The notes beneath the pieces are model-generated. The model was given only the letters and a program-made list of their open reading frames with translations. It searched no databases and was not told the origin of the DNA. Shown piece by piece: positions 15,814 through 25,342 of a stretch of DNA of 64,000 bases. Each line of letters starts with the position of its first letter. Within the stretch, counting starts at the first letter, position 1. The stretch is from Bacteroidia bacterium (GTDB taxonomy: Bacteria; Bacteroidota; Bacteroidia; NS11-12g; UBA9320), in NCBI GenBank assembly GCA_016779945.1, contig JADHMR010000002.1, forward strand, positions 2,083-66,082, given 5' to 3'. The position numbers and the translations under genes were made by a program.

Positions 15814-18800
15814 ATGCTCAGATTACCAGTTATACTTTTTTTTACACTATTTAGTTTCGTATTGATAAAAGCTCAAGTTACAGTAGGTGGTATTGTTACT
15901 GATGTATCAACTGGCGAAAAACTTATTGGGGTAACCGTTATAGAGGTTGGTTCTAATAATGGGACTGTCACTGATGAAAATGGTCAGTACACCATTTCAT
16001 TGGGGTCAGATACAGCTTCATTGAAATTCCTATACATTGGTTATACTACTCAAACCATCAAATTAAATAATCTAGTTTTTTTGAATGTTGCTCTTAATTC
16101 TGAAGAGCTTTTGGATGAAGCGATAGTAATAGGTTATGGTGAACAATCCAAAACTAAAATAACATCTGCTGTGTCTACAATTGATGCCAAAACACTAAAA
16201 AAATTACCTGTACCAACTGTAAGTAATGGACTAGAAGGTCTTGCATCTGGTTTATTTGTTCGACAAGGAAGCGGTGAACCTGGTTTTAGTGGTTCTTCTT
16301 TCGAGATCAGAAATTTTGGTAATGCTCTAGTTATTGTTGATGGATCTCCCGGTAATATTGATGATTTAGATCCCAACGAAATTGAAAATATATCCATATT
16401 AAAAGACGCAGCTGCAGCTGCTGTTTATGGTGTTCAAGGTGGTAATGGTGTTATTTTGATAACAACTCGAAAAGGATCCATTGGAAAACCAGAATTAAAC
16501 TATTCTAATCAATTTACGCTGAATTCCTTTACACAATATCCAGATTTCTTAAACTCTGTAGATTATGCTACAGTTCTCAATGAAGGTCTTGTTAATGATG
16601 GTCAATCTCCATTTTATACCCCTGAAGAAATTGAAGCATTTAGATCAGGCTCAGATCCAATAAATTATCCTAATGAAAATTGGAAAGAACTAATGTTCAA
16701 GAAGTATGGTTTTCAGCAGAGACATAACTTAAATATTTCGGGGGGTAATCAAAAGATTAAATACTTTGCCTCTGCTGGATTTTTAAATCAAGGTTCTAAC
16801 TATACAGAAGATGTATTGAACTATAATCAATACAACCTTAGAACAAATTTGAATGCTTATGTAAATGAATATCTAACTTTACAATTAAACATAGCTGGAC
16901 GTAGAAGACTTAATGAGGCTCCGGGCTATTCAGCATATGATATTTTTAGAGAGTTAAGTAGAGCCTTGCCAAACAATTTAGCTTATTATCCTGACGGAAC
17001 ACCCACAAGACCAAGTTTTAGTCCTAATCATATTATCGAAGGTATACGTGACTTTAATGCAGGATATTATCGTTCAAGAAATAATAATGTAGATGCAAAA
17101 ATTTCCATGGAGTGGGATGCTGCTCAAGTTGGTATAATTGGTATGAAATTAAAATCTTATGCTTCATTAGTTAATAATGTTTATTACAATAAAACTTGGG
17201 GTAAAAGCTATGAACTTTTTACATTAAATAGATTGACAGGTGACTTTGATGAGTATGTAGCTAGTCCTGAAGGGTCGTTTAGCGAAACAGTTCTAACACA
17301 TAGTATGAACTACAGCAACCACTATGTATTACAGGAATCGGCCAATTACGACCGCAAATTCAAAAAACATAGTATATCAGCATTATTGCTTGGAGAGCTG
17401 CAAAACAATCAAGGAGAAAATTTTTATGGTAGAAGACAGGATTATCAGTCAGATTTAATCGATCAACTCTTCGCTGGTTCAAATGAAAATAAAGATGCTA
17501 ATGGAGGAGAATACCGTGAAAATAGACTTGGATTAGTTGGTAGGCTGAGTTATGATTATTCGTCAAAATATTTTGTTGAATCATCATTTAGATATGATGG
17601 ATCATCAAAATTTGCTCCAGGCAATCAATGGGGATTTTTCCCTTCAGTTTCTGGTGGTTGGAGAATTTCTGAAGAAGATTTTTATAAAGATTTTAAAGCT
17701 ACAGTTCCAGAACTTAAATTAAGAGCCTCTTTAGGTACTGCAGGTTACGATGGTACTGCTGCATATCAATGGTTATCAGGTTTTACATACAATCACTTCT
17801 TTGCAATAAATGAAACGGCAATACCAACAATAGATAACACTTCTCTTGCAAATACAGATTTAACGTGGGAAACAATCACTACTCAGGATGTGGGTTTAGA
17901 TATCGAGTTTTTGAATCGTGAGTTAAAACTTTCTTTTGATTATTTTAAACGTTATAAAAAAGGGGTATTAGCTTATGCTTCTGGAAGTGTTCCTAATACT
18001 TTAGGAGTTGGATTGGCTGCTCAGAATTTACATGAGTATTCTAATCAAGGTTTTGAAACATCTTTGACTTATAATAAGAAATTAAATAGTAATTGGACTA
18101 TAGGAGCATTTAGTAATTTCTCTTATTCACGAGAAACTATCGAATTTATTGATGAAGCTATTATTGAAGATGATTTTATGAGAGGAAATCTAATGTTAAC
18201 TGGTGGATTTACTAATCTACGTAGAGGATATCTTTCAGATGGATTATTCCAATCACAAGAGGAAATAGATGATAGTCCAGTACAAGATAATAATGATAAC
18301 TCTACCATACAACCTGGTGATGTAAGATATGTTGACTTAAATGGCGACGGTGTTATTGATGTGCAAGACCAAAAAGTATTTGGTAATGGTGATAAGCCAG
18401 CTTATAATTTTTCATTAAATCTATCTGCCCAATACAAAAATTTTGCATTGTCTGTTTTACTTACCGGTGCTGCTGGATATGATATTTACTTGGATGGAGA
18501 GGCTCAGAGTCCACTTCGTAATGGCTTTAATGGTTATTCCTATCAATTGGATTATTGGACGCCTGAGAATGCTGATGCCAAATACCCCAGAATTTCAGAT
18601 GGGGGATTTAATGACAACAATTTCAGGTATTCTGATTTTTGGAAAAGAAGTGGTAATCATCTAAGATTTAAAAATATCAATTTAAGCTATACACTTCCCA
18701 AATTTGGTAAAAATAATGCTGGTTTCAAAGAGATTAGAATTTTTGCGACAGCCTATAATCTATTTGTTATTAAAACTTATGACGAGGATTTTGATCCTCA

Positions 18801-18873
18801 AATGCAATCATCAACGGGGTGGTATTACCCTCAAAATAAATCAACCACTTTTGGTATTAATCTTACACTATAA
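15814..18873 (+). CDS. SusC/RagA-family TonB-dependent outer-membrane transporter (no STN domain)
   Basis: ORF from 15784. Signal peptide MLRLPVILFFTLFSFVLIKAQ, CarboxypepD_reg-like VTVGGIVTDVSTGEKLIGVTV...TDENGQY, plug IVIGYGEQSKTKITSAVS, a long barrel ending TTFGINLTL. SusD gene follows 11 nt downstream. Confidence 0.9.
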   Translation: MLRLPVILFFTLFSFVLIKAQVTVGGIVTDVSTGEKLIGVTVIEVGSNNGTVTDENGQYTISLGSDTASLKFLYIGYTTQTIKLNNLVFLNVALNSEELLDEAIVIGYGEQSKTKITSAVSTIDAKTLKKLPVPTVSNGLEGLASGLFVRQGSGEPGFSGSSFEIRNFGNALVIVDGSPGNIDDLDPNEIENISILKDAAAAAVYGVQGGNGVILITTRKGSIGKPELNYSNQFTLNSFTQYPDFLNSVDYATVLNEGLVNDGQSPFYTPEEIEAFRSGSDPINYPNENWKELMFKKYGFQQRHNLNISGGNQKIKYFASAGFLNQGSNYTEDVLNYNQYNLRTNLNAYVNEYLTLQLNIAGRRRLNEAPGYSAYDIFRELSRALPNNLAYYPDGTPTRPSFSPNHIIEGIRDFNAGYYRSRNNNVDAKISMEWDAAQVGIIGMKLKSYASLVNNVYYNKTWGKSYELFTLNRLTGDFDEYVASPEGSFSETVLTHSMNYSNHYVLQESANYDRKFKKHSISALLLGELQNNQGENFYGRRQDYQSDLIDQLFAGSNENKDANGGEYRENRLGLVGRLSYDYSSKYFVESSFRYDGSSKFAPGNQWGFFPSVSGGWRISEEDFYKDFKATVPELKLRASLGTAGYDGTAAYQWLSGFTYNHFFAINETAIPTIDNTSLANTDLTWETITTQDVGLDIEFLNRELKLSFDYFKRYKKGVLAYASGSVPNTLGVGLAAQNLHEYSNQGFETSLTYNKKLNSNWTIGAFSNFSYSRETIEFIDEAIIEDDFMRGNLMLTGGFTNLRRGYLSDGLFQSQEEIDDSPVQDNNDNSTIQPGDVRYVDLNGDGVIDVQDQKVFGNGDKPAYNFSLNLSAQYKNFALSVLLTGAAGYDIYLDGEAQSPLRNGFNGYSYQLDYWTPENADAKYPRISDGGFNDNNFRYSDFWKRSGNHLRFKNINLSYTLPKFGKNNAGFKEIRIFATAYNLFVIKTYDEDFDPQMQSSTGWYYPQNKSTTFGINLTL

Positions 18874-18884
18874 ATAAATTTTAA

Positions 18885-20657
18885 ATGAAACGTAACCTTC
18901 TATTTTTAACACTATTAGTTTCAGTAATTAGTTCTTGTAAGAAAGAATTTTTAAATCAACCTCCATTGGATCGAATTACAGAATCGGATGTATGGAGTGA
19001 TCGCGATTTAATGGATACTTACATATTTCAAATATACGATAACATGCCATGGGATTATTTAAAAGATTTTGGCGGTGGTGCAGGTTGGGGAGCTCATCGG
19101 GACGCCTTAACTGACCTAGCCATGAGCACATATTCTTGGACACCGGCATACAATACTATACGCCCTGGTAATTGGGGTACATCAACTAATTATTGGCCAT
19201 TGGATTGGTGGGGGTATTATAATATTTGGAAAATTAATTATTCTATAGAAAATATTAAGCCTTTGAGTGAAGATGTATTAACAAAAACAGAAAAAGAAAA
19301 CCGTTTGGGTGAATTATATTTTCTGAGAGCGTATTGTTATTTTGCTATGGCTAAACGATATGGTGGAGTGCCAATCATTCTTGAAGCACAAGATCCAGAT
19401 AATACACCCGAAGATGAATATTTTCCGTCCAGAGATTCTGAAGAAGCTGTATATAATCAGGTCATTAATGATGTACAATTAGCATTTGATATTTTACCAA
19501 ATCGCTGGTCTAGCCAAAAAGGTAGAGCTGGTAAATGGGCTGCAAAAGCTCTTGAGTCGAGGGCCTCTTTGTATGCTGCTACTATTGCAAAATATGGTAC
19601 AGTTCAACTGAATGGTGTAGTGGGTATTTCGTCGGGTAAGGCATCTGAATATTTCCAGATCTCATTGGATGCTTCTAATAAAATAATTAATGAAGGTGGA
19701 TATGTACTTTTTAATCAATATCCAGAACCAGCAGAAAATTATAGTAAGTTATTTACTGATGAGACAGAGGACGAAACTATTTTCATGAAAGTATGGCTAC
19801 CTTATGATAAAGGACATTCATATGATTTACGAAATTCACCCTATAGTTACCGTGTTGATTGGGGGTCAAGCATGTCTCCAACCAAAGGATTGATGGATAG
19901 TTATGAAATGTTAAATTCAGGTCTTCTGCCTAGTGAACCAAATTCAGGCTATGACCCTAACAACCCTTTTGAAGATCGAGATCCTAGATTTAAAGGAACA
20001 CTACTTACAAATAATGATAATTTTCAAGGATCTGCAGTGGAGACATGGTATGCAACGGTAAGAAATGGCGAAATTGATTACAATACTGCTACAGGAGTAG
20101 GAAAGGATGGGATGGGTGTTCATCCAGATGCTACTAAGACTGGTGCATATGTTAGAAAATATCTTGCAGATGGGTCGAGTCCGTTGTTAATACAACAATA
20201 TTATTCTGGTCAAGACTGTATTCTATTTCGATTGGGTGAAATATACTTAAATGCTGCAGAAGCTGCTGTTGAACTTGGATTAGATGGTGAAGCTCGATCA
20301 TTTATTGAGCCTATCCGAACGAGAGCTGGATTAAAACAAAATCTTGATTTTAGTTCATATTCTGGAATAGAACTCAGAGATCGAATTAGAAATGAAAGAA
20401 AGATCGAATTAGCATTTGAGGACCATAGGTATTGGGACGTGCGAAGATGGAGAACTGCAGAAGTTGATCTGAGTGTAATGACTGAAGGAATTAGATCCTT
20501 AAGATATATAGATAACTTTGGAAATGAAACCTTTACATATGAAATAATTGAACCAGAACCTCAAAAAACGAATTTCTTTCCAAGACACTATTATATACCT
20601 ATAGGTCAGGATAGAAGAAATAATAATCCTAAGTTAATTGAAAATCCAGGATATTAA
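18885..20657 (+). CDS. SusD/RagB-family glycan-binding outer-membrane lipoprotein
   Basis: Lipobox LLVSVISSC. FLNQPPLDRITESDVWSD, LRAYCYFAMAKRYGGVPI, NERKIELAFEDHRYWDVRRW. Confidence 0.9.
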   Translation: MKRNLLFLTLLVSVISSCKKEFLNQPPLDRITESDVWSDRDLMDTYIFQIYDNMPWDYLKDFGGGAGWGAHRDALTDLAMSTYSWTPAYNTIRPGNWGTSTNYWPLDWWGYYNIWKINYSIENIKPLSEDVLTKTEKENRLGELYFLRAYCYFAMAKRYGGVPIILEAQDPDNTPEDEYFPSRDSEEAVYNQVINDVQLAFDILPNRWSSQKGRAGKWAAKALESRASLYAATIAKYGTVQLNGVVGISSGKASEYFQISLDASNKIINEGGYVLFNQYPEPAENYSKLFTDETEDETIFMKVWLPYDKGHSYDLRNSPYSYRVDWGSSMSPTKGLMDSYEMLNSGLLPSEPNSGYDPNNPFEDRDPRFKGTLLTNNDNFQGSAVETWYATVRNGEIDYNTATGVGKDGMGVHPDATKTGAYVRKYLADGSSPLLIQQYYSGQDCILFRLGEIYLNAAEAAVELGLDGEARSFIEPIRTRAGLKQNLDFSSYSGIELRDRIRNERKIELAFEDHRYWDVRRWRTAEVDLSVMTEGIRSLRYIDNFGNETFTYEIIEPEPQKTNFFPRHYYIPIGQDRRNNNPKLIENPGY

Positions 20658-20668
20658 GAATAACCATT

Positions 20669-21496
20669 ATGACAATTAAAAAATACGCCATTTATTTATC
20701 GATATTAAGTGTAATTATCACTGGATGTAAGGATAGCTCTGATGAACCGAATGTGGCACCATCAGCCACCGATGCAGATTTTTCATATACATCAGAACCG
20801 GATAATCCGAATATTATTACTTTTAGAGCCTCACCAAGTGTTGAAACATGGTATTCTCACTGGAACTTTGGCGATAATACTTCTGCTGAAGGATTAGAGG
20901 TTAAAAAAACATTTTACGTCAAAGGAGATTATGATGTGAAGTTTAAAATCTTTACAAATGGGGGAACAGCTGAGTCTGTGAAAACGATCACAATTGAAAA
21001 TGATTTGACAGGATCCAATTTAATCACTAATGGTAAATTAGATAATGATTCATCTTGGTCTTTATTATCTATTTCTCCTGGAGTTGACATAACATTTGAA
21101 AATGGAAATGCTACCTGGACAGGTGGTGGTTGGGGACAGACTGGAATTTACCAACAGTTTGACGTTGAGGCTAATAAGAATTACCAAATACAAATGGATG
21201 TAGTAGGAAGTGGTATGACAGATTGTTGGTTTGAAGTATACATAGGTACAACTACACCTAAAGATGGGGTAGATTACACTGATGGAGGAATACGTTTAGG
21301 ACTAAATACGTGGGATGGATGTGGAAGTGAAGCTTTTGATGGACCGTTAACTAGTCTTTCTTGTAGTTTAGGAGGTGGAGACGGTTCTTTTGAGTTTGAT
21401 GTAGATAAAAGCGTATACATCGTTATTAGAAGTGGTGGTGCAAACCTTGGTACTTCTGGTGTGAGTGTAGATAATATTACAGTTCGAGCATTATAA
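20669..21496 (+). CDS. surface lipoprotein with PKD domain and galactose-binding-like (CBM-like) domain; SGBP candidate
   Basis: Lipobox SVIITGC. PKD signature DADFSYT...WNFGDNTSAEG...HTFxxxGxYxV-like (KKTFYVKGDYDVKF). The C-terminal half, LITNGKLDNDSSW...WGQTGIYQQF...YQIQMDV...WFEVYIG, resembles CBM4/9/22-type beta-sandwiches. Confidence 0.65.
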   Translation: MTIKKYAIYLSILSVIITGCKDSSDEPNVAPSATDADFSYTSEPDNPNIITFRASPSVETWYSHWNFGDNTSAEGLEVKKTFYVKGDYDVKFKIFTNGGTAESVKTITIENDLTGSNLITNGKLDNDSSWSLLSISPGVDITFENGNATWTGGGWGQTGIYQQFDVEANKNYQIQMDVVGSGMTDCWFEVYIGTTTPKDGVDYTDGGIRLGLNTWDGCGSEAFDGPLTSLSCSLGGGDGSFEFDVDKSVYIVIRSGGANLGTSGVSVDNITVRAL

Positions 21497-21525
21497 ACAA
21501 TAACTAGCACGACAAATAAATTTAA

Positions 21526-22566
21526 ATGATAACAAGATTAATACAAACAATAATTTTATCAATCCTAATTGTAACAAGTACGATAGGTCAGGTTAATATT
21601 ACCTTTGAGGTAAATACATCAACACTTGGTAGTATTAGCCCTGATGGATTATTTATAGGAGGTGGTAGCGGTTTTGGTAAGCCCGGAGAAAATAGACTTG
21701 CAGACATTGATGGAAACGGTATATACACTATCACACTTCAAAGAGACAAGGGCTTTTCTAGCTTTTATATTTTTTTGAATGGTAATTGTGAGGATTGGTC
21801 ATGTAAAGAAAAACTAGCTGGATTACCTTGTTCTGATCCTAAAAATTTTGATGACCGATTTTTACCACCGGTTATGTCAGATACTACAATTAAAGCTTGT
21901 TTTAATACGTGTGATAATGATGGGAGTTGTACAATTATCACCGATTCAGTTGATATTACATTTGAGTTGAATACCTCAGAAATTGAAGTTGACCCTGGAG
22001 GATTATTTTTAGCAGGTGGTAGTGGTTTTGGCGTTGCGGGAGATAACCCCATGATTGATCCAGAAGATGATGGTATTTATACAGTAACTGTTAGGCGTGC
22101 AAAAGGATTTTTAAGCTATTATACGTTTCTTAATGGAAATTGTGGAGATTGGTCATGTAAAGAGAATATAGAGGGACAACCTTGTGCTGATCCAGATGCA
22201 TTTAATGATCGGTTTATTCCACCTGTCATGAATGATACAATTATTAAAACATGTTTTGCGAAATGTACCAATGATGGTTCTTGTCAAACTGCGTTTATTG
22301 GAGAATTAAAAACGGATATAAACCTATTTACCATTAGACCTACTTTGGTCAATGATTATATTAACATTCAATACAATCATGAGTCAGTATCCATGAATAA
22401 AGAAATTAAAGTTGTCAATTCTTCTGGTCAGGTCTTTGAAAAATTTATAACTAAAAATAATGCTAAAACTCAATTAAACACGCTATCATATACAAGTGGA
22501 GTCTATTTTATAACTATCCAAACATCAAATAAAATTCTAACTAAAAAATTTATAGTTCAGAAATAA
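21526..22566 (+). CDS. secreted protein with two copies of an uncharacterised six-Cys module and T9SS type A C-terminal domain
   Basis: Signal peptide ...IVTSTIGQ, two ~113-aa repeats, then CTD (RPTLVNDYINIQY...GVYFITIQTSNKILTKKFIVQK). I do not recognise a named family for the repeat. Confidence 0.75.
   Translation: MITRLIQTIILSILIVTSTIGQVNITFEVNTSTLGSISPDGLFIGGGSGFGKPGENRLADIDGNGIYTITLQRDKGFSSFYIFLNGNCEDWSCKEKLAGLPCSDPKNFDDRFLPPVMSDTTIKACFNTCDNDGSCTIITDSVDITFELNTSEIEVDPGGLFLAGGSGFGVAGDNPMIDPEDDGIYTVTVRRAKGFLSYYTFLNGNCGDWSCKENIEGQPCADPDAFNDRFIPPVMNDTIIKTCFAKCTNDGSCQTAFIGELKTDINLFTIRPTLVNDYINIQYNHESVSMNKEIKVVNSSGQVFEKFITKNNAKTQLNTLSYTSGVYFITIQTSNKILTKKFIVQK
21592..22284 (+). repeat. tandem duplication of a ~113-codon Cys-rich module (21592..21948 and 21949..22284)
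   Basis: Hand alignment gives 69 of 113 positions identical, with all six Cys conserved (NGNC.DWSCKE....PC.DP..F.DRF.PPVM.DT.IK.CF..C.NDGSC). Confidence 0.85.
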
Positions 22567-22576
22567 CATCAGGTTT

Positions 22577-25321
22577 ATGCAAATACATAGAATTTTTAAC
22601 ATTGGAATAATCCTATTTAGCTTAATTGCTAAATGCTCGTTTGATGCAAACGCTCAACACTTTTTGAAAACAAACGGAAAAGCGATTGTAAATGAGAACC
22701 AAGACACCATTATTCTAAGAGGAATGGGGCTTGGAGGTTGGATGGTAAAGGAAGGGTATATGATGCAAACAAATGCTTTTGCTAATGCTCAATATGAGAT
22801 AATGGATCTTATTGAAGATTTGATTGGAGAGGAGAACAAGGACACCTTCAATAATAGGTGGTTGTCAAATCATGTGAGGAAGGGGGATATTGATTCATTA
22901 AAATCATGGGGATTTAATTCAGTAAGAGTTCCCATGCATTACAATTTATTTACATTACCTATTCAAGAAGAGCAAATTGAAGGTCAGCAAACATGGATAC
23001 CTAAAGGTTTTGAGTTGTTAGACAGCCTTGTTGGTTGGTGCAAACAAGAAGAGATGTATGTGATTTTAGATTTACATGCAGCTCCAGGTGGTCAAGGAAA
23101 AGATGCTGCTATATCAGATTACAATCCAAACAAACCATCACTTTGGGAAAGTGAAGCTAACAGAGACAAAATGGTTGCTTTGTGGCAACGGATAGCCAAA
23201 CATTATGCAAATGAGCAATGGGTAGCTGGATATGACTTATTGAATGAGCCCAATTGGGATTTGCCAGGTGGAATAGCCATAAAAAACCTATACAAAGAAA
23301 TTACGGATAGTATTCGTAAAGTTGATCAAAAACATATTATTTTCATTGAAGGGAATTGGTTTGCAAATGATTTTACAGGGTTAACACCTCCTTGGGATAT
23401 TAATTTAGTCTATTCTCCTCACAAATATTGGTCTTTTAATGATCAATCTTCAATAGGTAGTTTCCTAGAAATAAAAAATAAATATAATGTTCCTCTTTAT
23501 CTTGGAGAAACAGGTGAAAACTCCAATGAGTGGTTTCAAAGTGCTGTCAAGTTATATGAAGATAATGATATAGGTTGGGCGTGGTGGCCATTGAAAAAAA
23601 TTGAGTCTATTTCAGGACCTCTCTCTATTATAAAAAGTGAAGAATATCAAAATTTACTAGATTATTGGAATAATGGGGGTACAAAGCCCTCGATTGCGTT
23701 TTCTAAAAAAGTTTTGTTCCAATTGGCTGAAGATTTAAAAATAGAAAACTGTCGCTATCAAAATGATGTAATTGATGCTCTATTTAGGCAACCCTTTTCA
23801 GATGAAGCCATTCCTTTTAAAAAGCATATAATTCCAGGTAGGATATTTGCATCTGATTATGATCTAGGAAAAGCAGGTGAAGCATACGATGATAATGATG
23901 TAGCTAACTATTCTGTTTCGACAGGAGAATATAGTGGTTGGAATAATGGATGGGCATATCGGAATGATGGTGTTGATATCGAAAAATGTGAAGATTTATC
24001 GAGTAATGGATTTAATATTGGTTTTTTAGAACAAGGAGAATGGATCCAATATGAAGTAGATATTGAATCTGACGGGGTTTACGACTTAAATGTAAGAACT
24101 TCATCTGGGGGATCGGGTGGTCGAATGTATTTTGCCATTGACAACCAGAGCATTACAGAATCTATTTTTGTCTACCCATCAGGTGGATGGCAAAAATGGA
24201 CAACAACAACCATATCTGATCTTGTCTTATATCAAGGTAATCATAAGTTGAGGTTTTATGTTGACCGAGCGGGTTTTAATGTGAATAGCTTTGATTTTAT
24301 AAAAACTACTCGCCAGATTGGTAATATATCAACAAAATTTATGGCAGCTGAAACGAAAGATGAATATAGCATTCAAATGAATACTAATAAGTTTCTTTCG
24401 TACTTAGATAAAATTGATTTTGATGATTTTGAAATCCTTGTTAATGGTTCTAGTATTCCAATTGGATCCATCTCCATGGATGTAACAAATCCAAAGATTA
24501 TTAATTTTAGACTGAATTATACGCTCAACTATTCTGATGAAATTAAAATTTCATATGATGGAGATCAGATTGTCTCAACTGATGGTTCCAATCTTGAGCT
24601 GTTTTCTTTAAAGAATGTGAGAAATAATATAGCTTTTGTACATCAGATTCCCACAAAGATTGAATCTGAAAGCTATACATTTCAGAAAGGAGTGGATCTT
24701 GAAGAGACAACGGATGTCGGTGGTGGGTTTAATATTGCTTATTTAGATCCTAATGATTATCTTGATTATGAAATAAATGTTACTTCCGCAGGTGAATATC
24801 AAATTAATTATCGAACTGCTGCTGAATATGGAACAGGTTCTCTGAAATTGCAGTTCATAGATACTGCTGGTGTATTGACTGAAATTAGTAACCCTACATT
24901 TTTATCAACTGGAGATTGGCAAAATTGGAAAACAACCAGTGAGACTGTTCAATTAGATGTTGGTAGATATACGATGAGGATTTTAATTACACAATCACCT
25001 TTCAATTTAAATTGGTTAGAATTTAAAGCAAAATCTTTATTTACAAAAGATAAAAATTCTCAATTTAACTCTTTTTCATTGTTTCCTAATCCTTGTAGTA
25101 ATTTGTTCAATATACAATTTGCCACAGATCGTATACAAGACATTAATTTATCTATTTATGACTTCAAAGGTAAAACAATGTCATCTAAAAGTTATTTAAA
25201 AACATCATCTCTGAATGAACAAATTTCTTTAAAAGATTACCCCTCTGGTATCTATCTTGTGAAATTAAGATTAGATAATGGTTCTGTCTCTACAAAAAGA
25301 ATAATTAAAGCAAAAAAATAG
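22577..25321 (+). CDS. GH5 glycoside hydrolase with two CBM6-like modules, an Ig-like spacer and T9SS type A C-terminal domain
   Basis: GH5: RGMGLGGWMVKEGYM, WGFNSVRVPMHYNLF, HAAPGGQ, DLLNEPNW (acid/base Glu), PHKYW, LYLGETGENS (nucleophile Glu), WAWWPLK. CBM6-like at about 23828..24304 and 24644..25027 (IPGRIFASDYD.../IPTKIESESYT... with G.WQ.W motifs). CTD FSLFPNPC...GIYLVKLRL. Confidence 0.85.
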   Translation: MQIHRIFNIGIILFSLIAKCSFDANAQHFLKTNGKAIVNENQDTIILRGMGLGGWMVKEGYMMQTNAFANAQYEIMDLIEDLIGEENKDTFNNRWLSNHVRKGDIDSLKSWGFNSVRVPMHYNLFTLPIQEEQIEGQQTWIPKGFELLDSLVGWCKQEEMYVILDLHAAPGGQGKDAAISDYNPNKPSLWESEANRDKMVALWQRIAKHYANEQWVAGYDLLNEPNWDLPGGIAIKNLYKEITDSIRKVDQKHIIFIEGNWFANDFTGLTPPWDINLVYSPHKYWSFNDQSSIGSFLEIKNKYNVPLYLGETGENSNEWFQSAVKLYEDNDIGWAWWPLKKIESISGPLSIIKSEEYQNLLDYWNNGGTKPSIAFSKKVLFQLAEDLKIENCRYQNDVIDALFRQPFSDEAIPFKKHIIPGRIFASDYDLGKAGEAYDDNDVANYSVSTGEYSGWNNGWAYRNDGVDIEKCEDLSSNGFNIGFLEQGEWIQYEVDIESDGVYDLNVRTSSGGSGGRMYFAIDNQSITESIFVYPSGGWQKWTTTTISDLVLYQGNHKLRFYVDRAGFNVNSFDFIKTTRQIGNISTKFMAAETKDEYSIQMNTNKFLSYLDKIDFDDFEILVNGSSIPIGSISMDVTNPKIINFRLNYTLNYSDEIKISYDGDQIVSTDGSNLELFSLKNVRNNIAFVHQIPTKIESESYTFQKGVDLEETTDVGGGFNIAYLDPNDYLDYEINVTSAGEYQINYRTAAEYGTGSLKLQFIDTAGVLTEISNPTFLSTGDWQNWKTTSETVQLDVGRYTMRILITQSPFNLNWLEFKAKSLFTKDKNSQFNSFSLFPNPCSNLFNIQFATDRIQDINLSIYDFKGKTMSSKSYLKTSSLNEQISLKDYPSGIYLVKLRLDNGSVSTKRIIKAKK

Positions 25322-25342
25322 CTATTTACTAGATCTTATATT

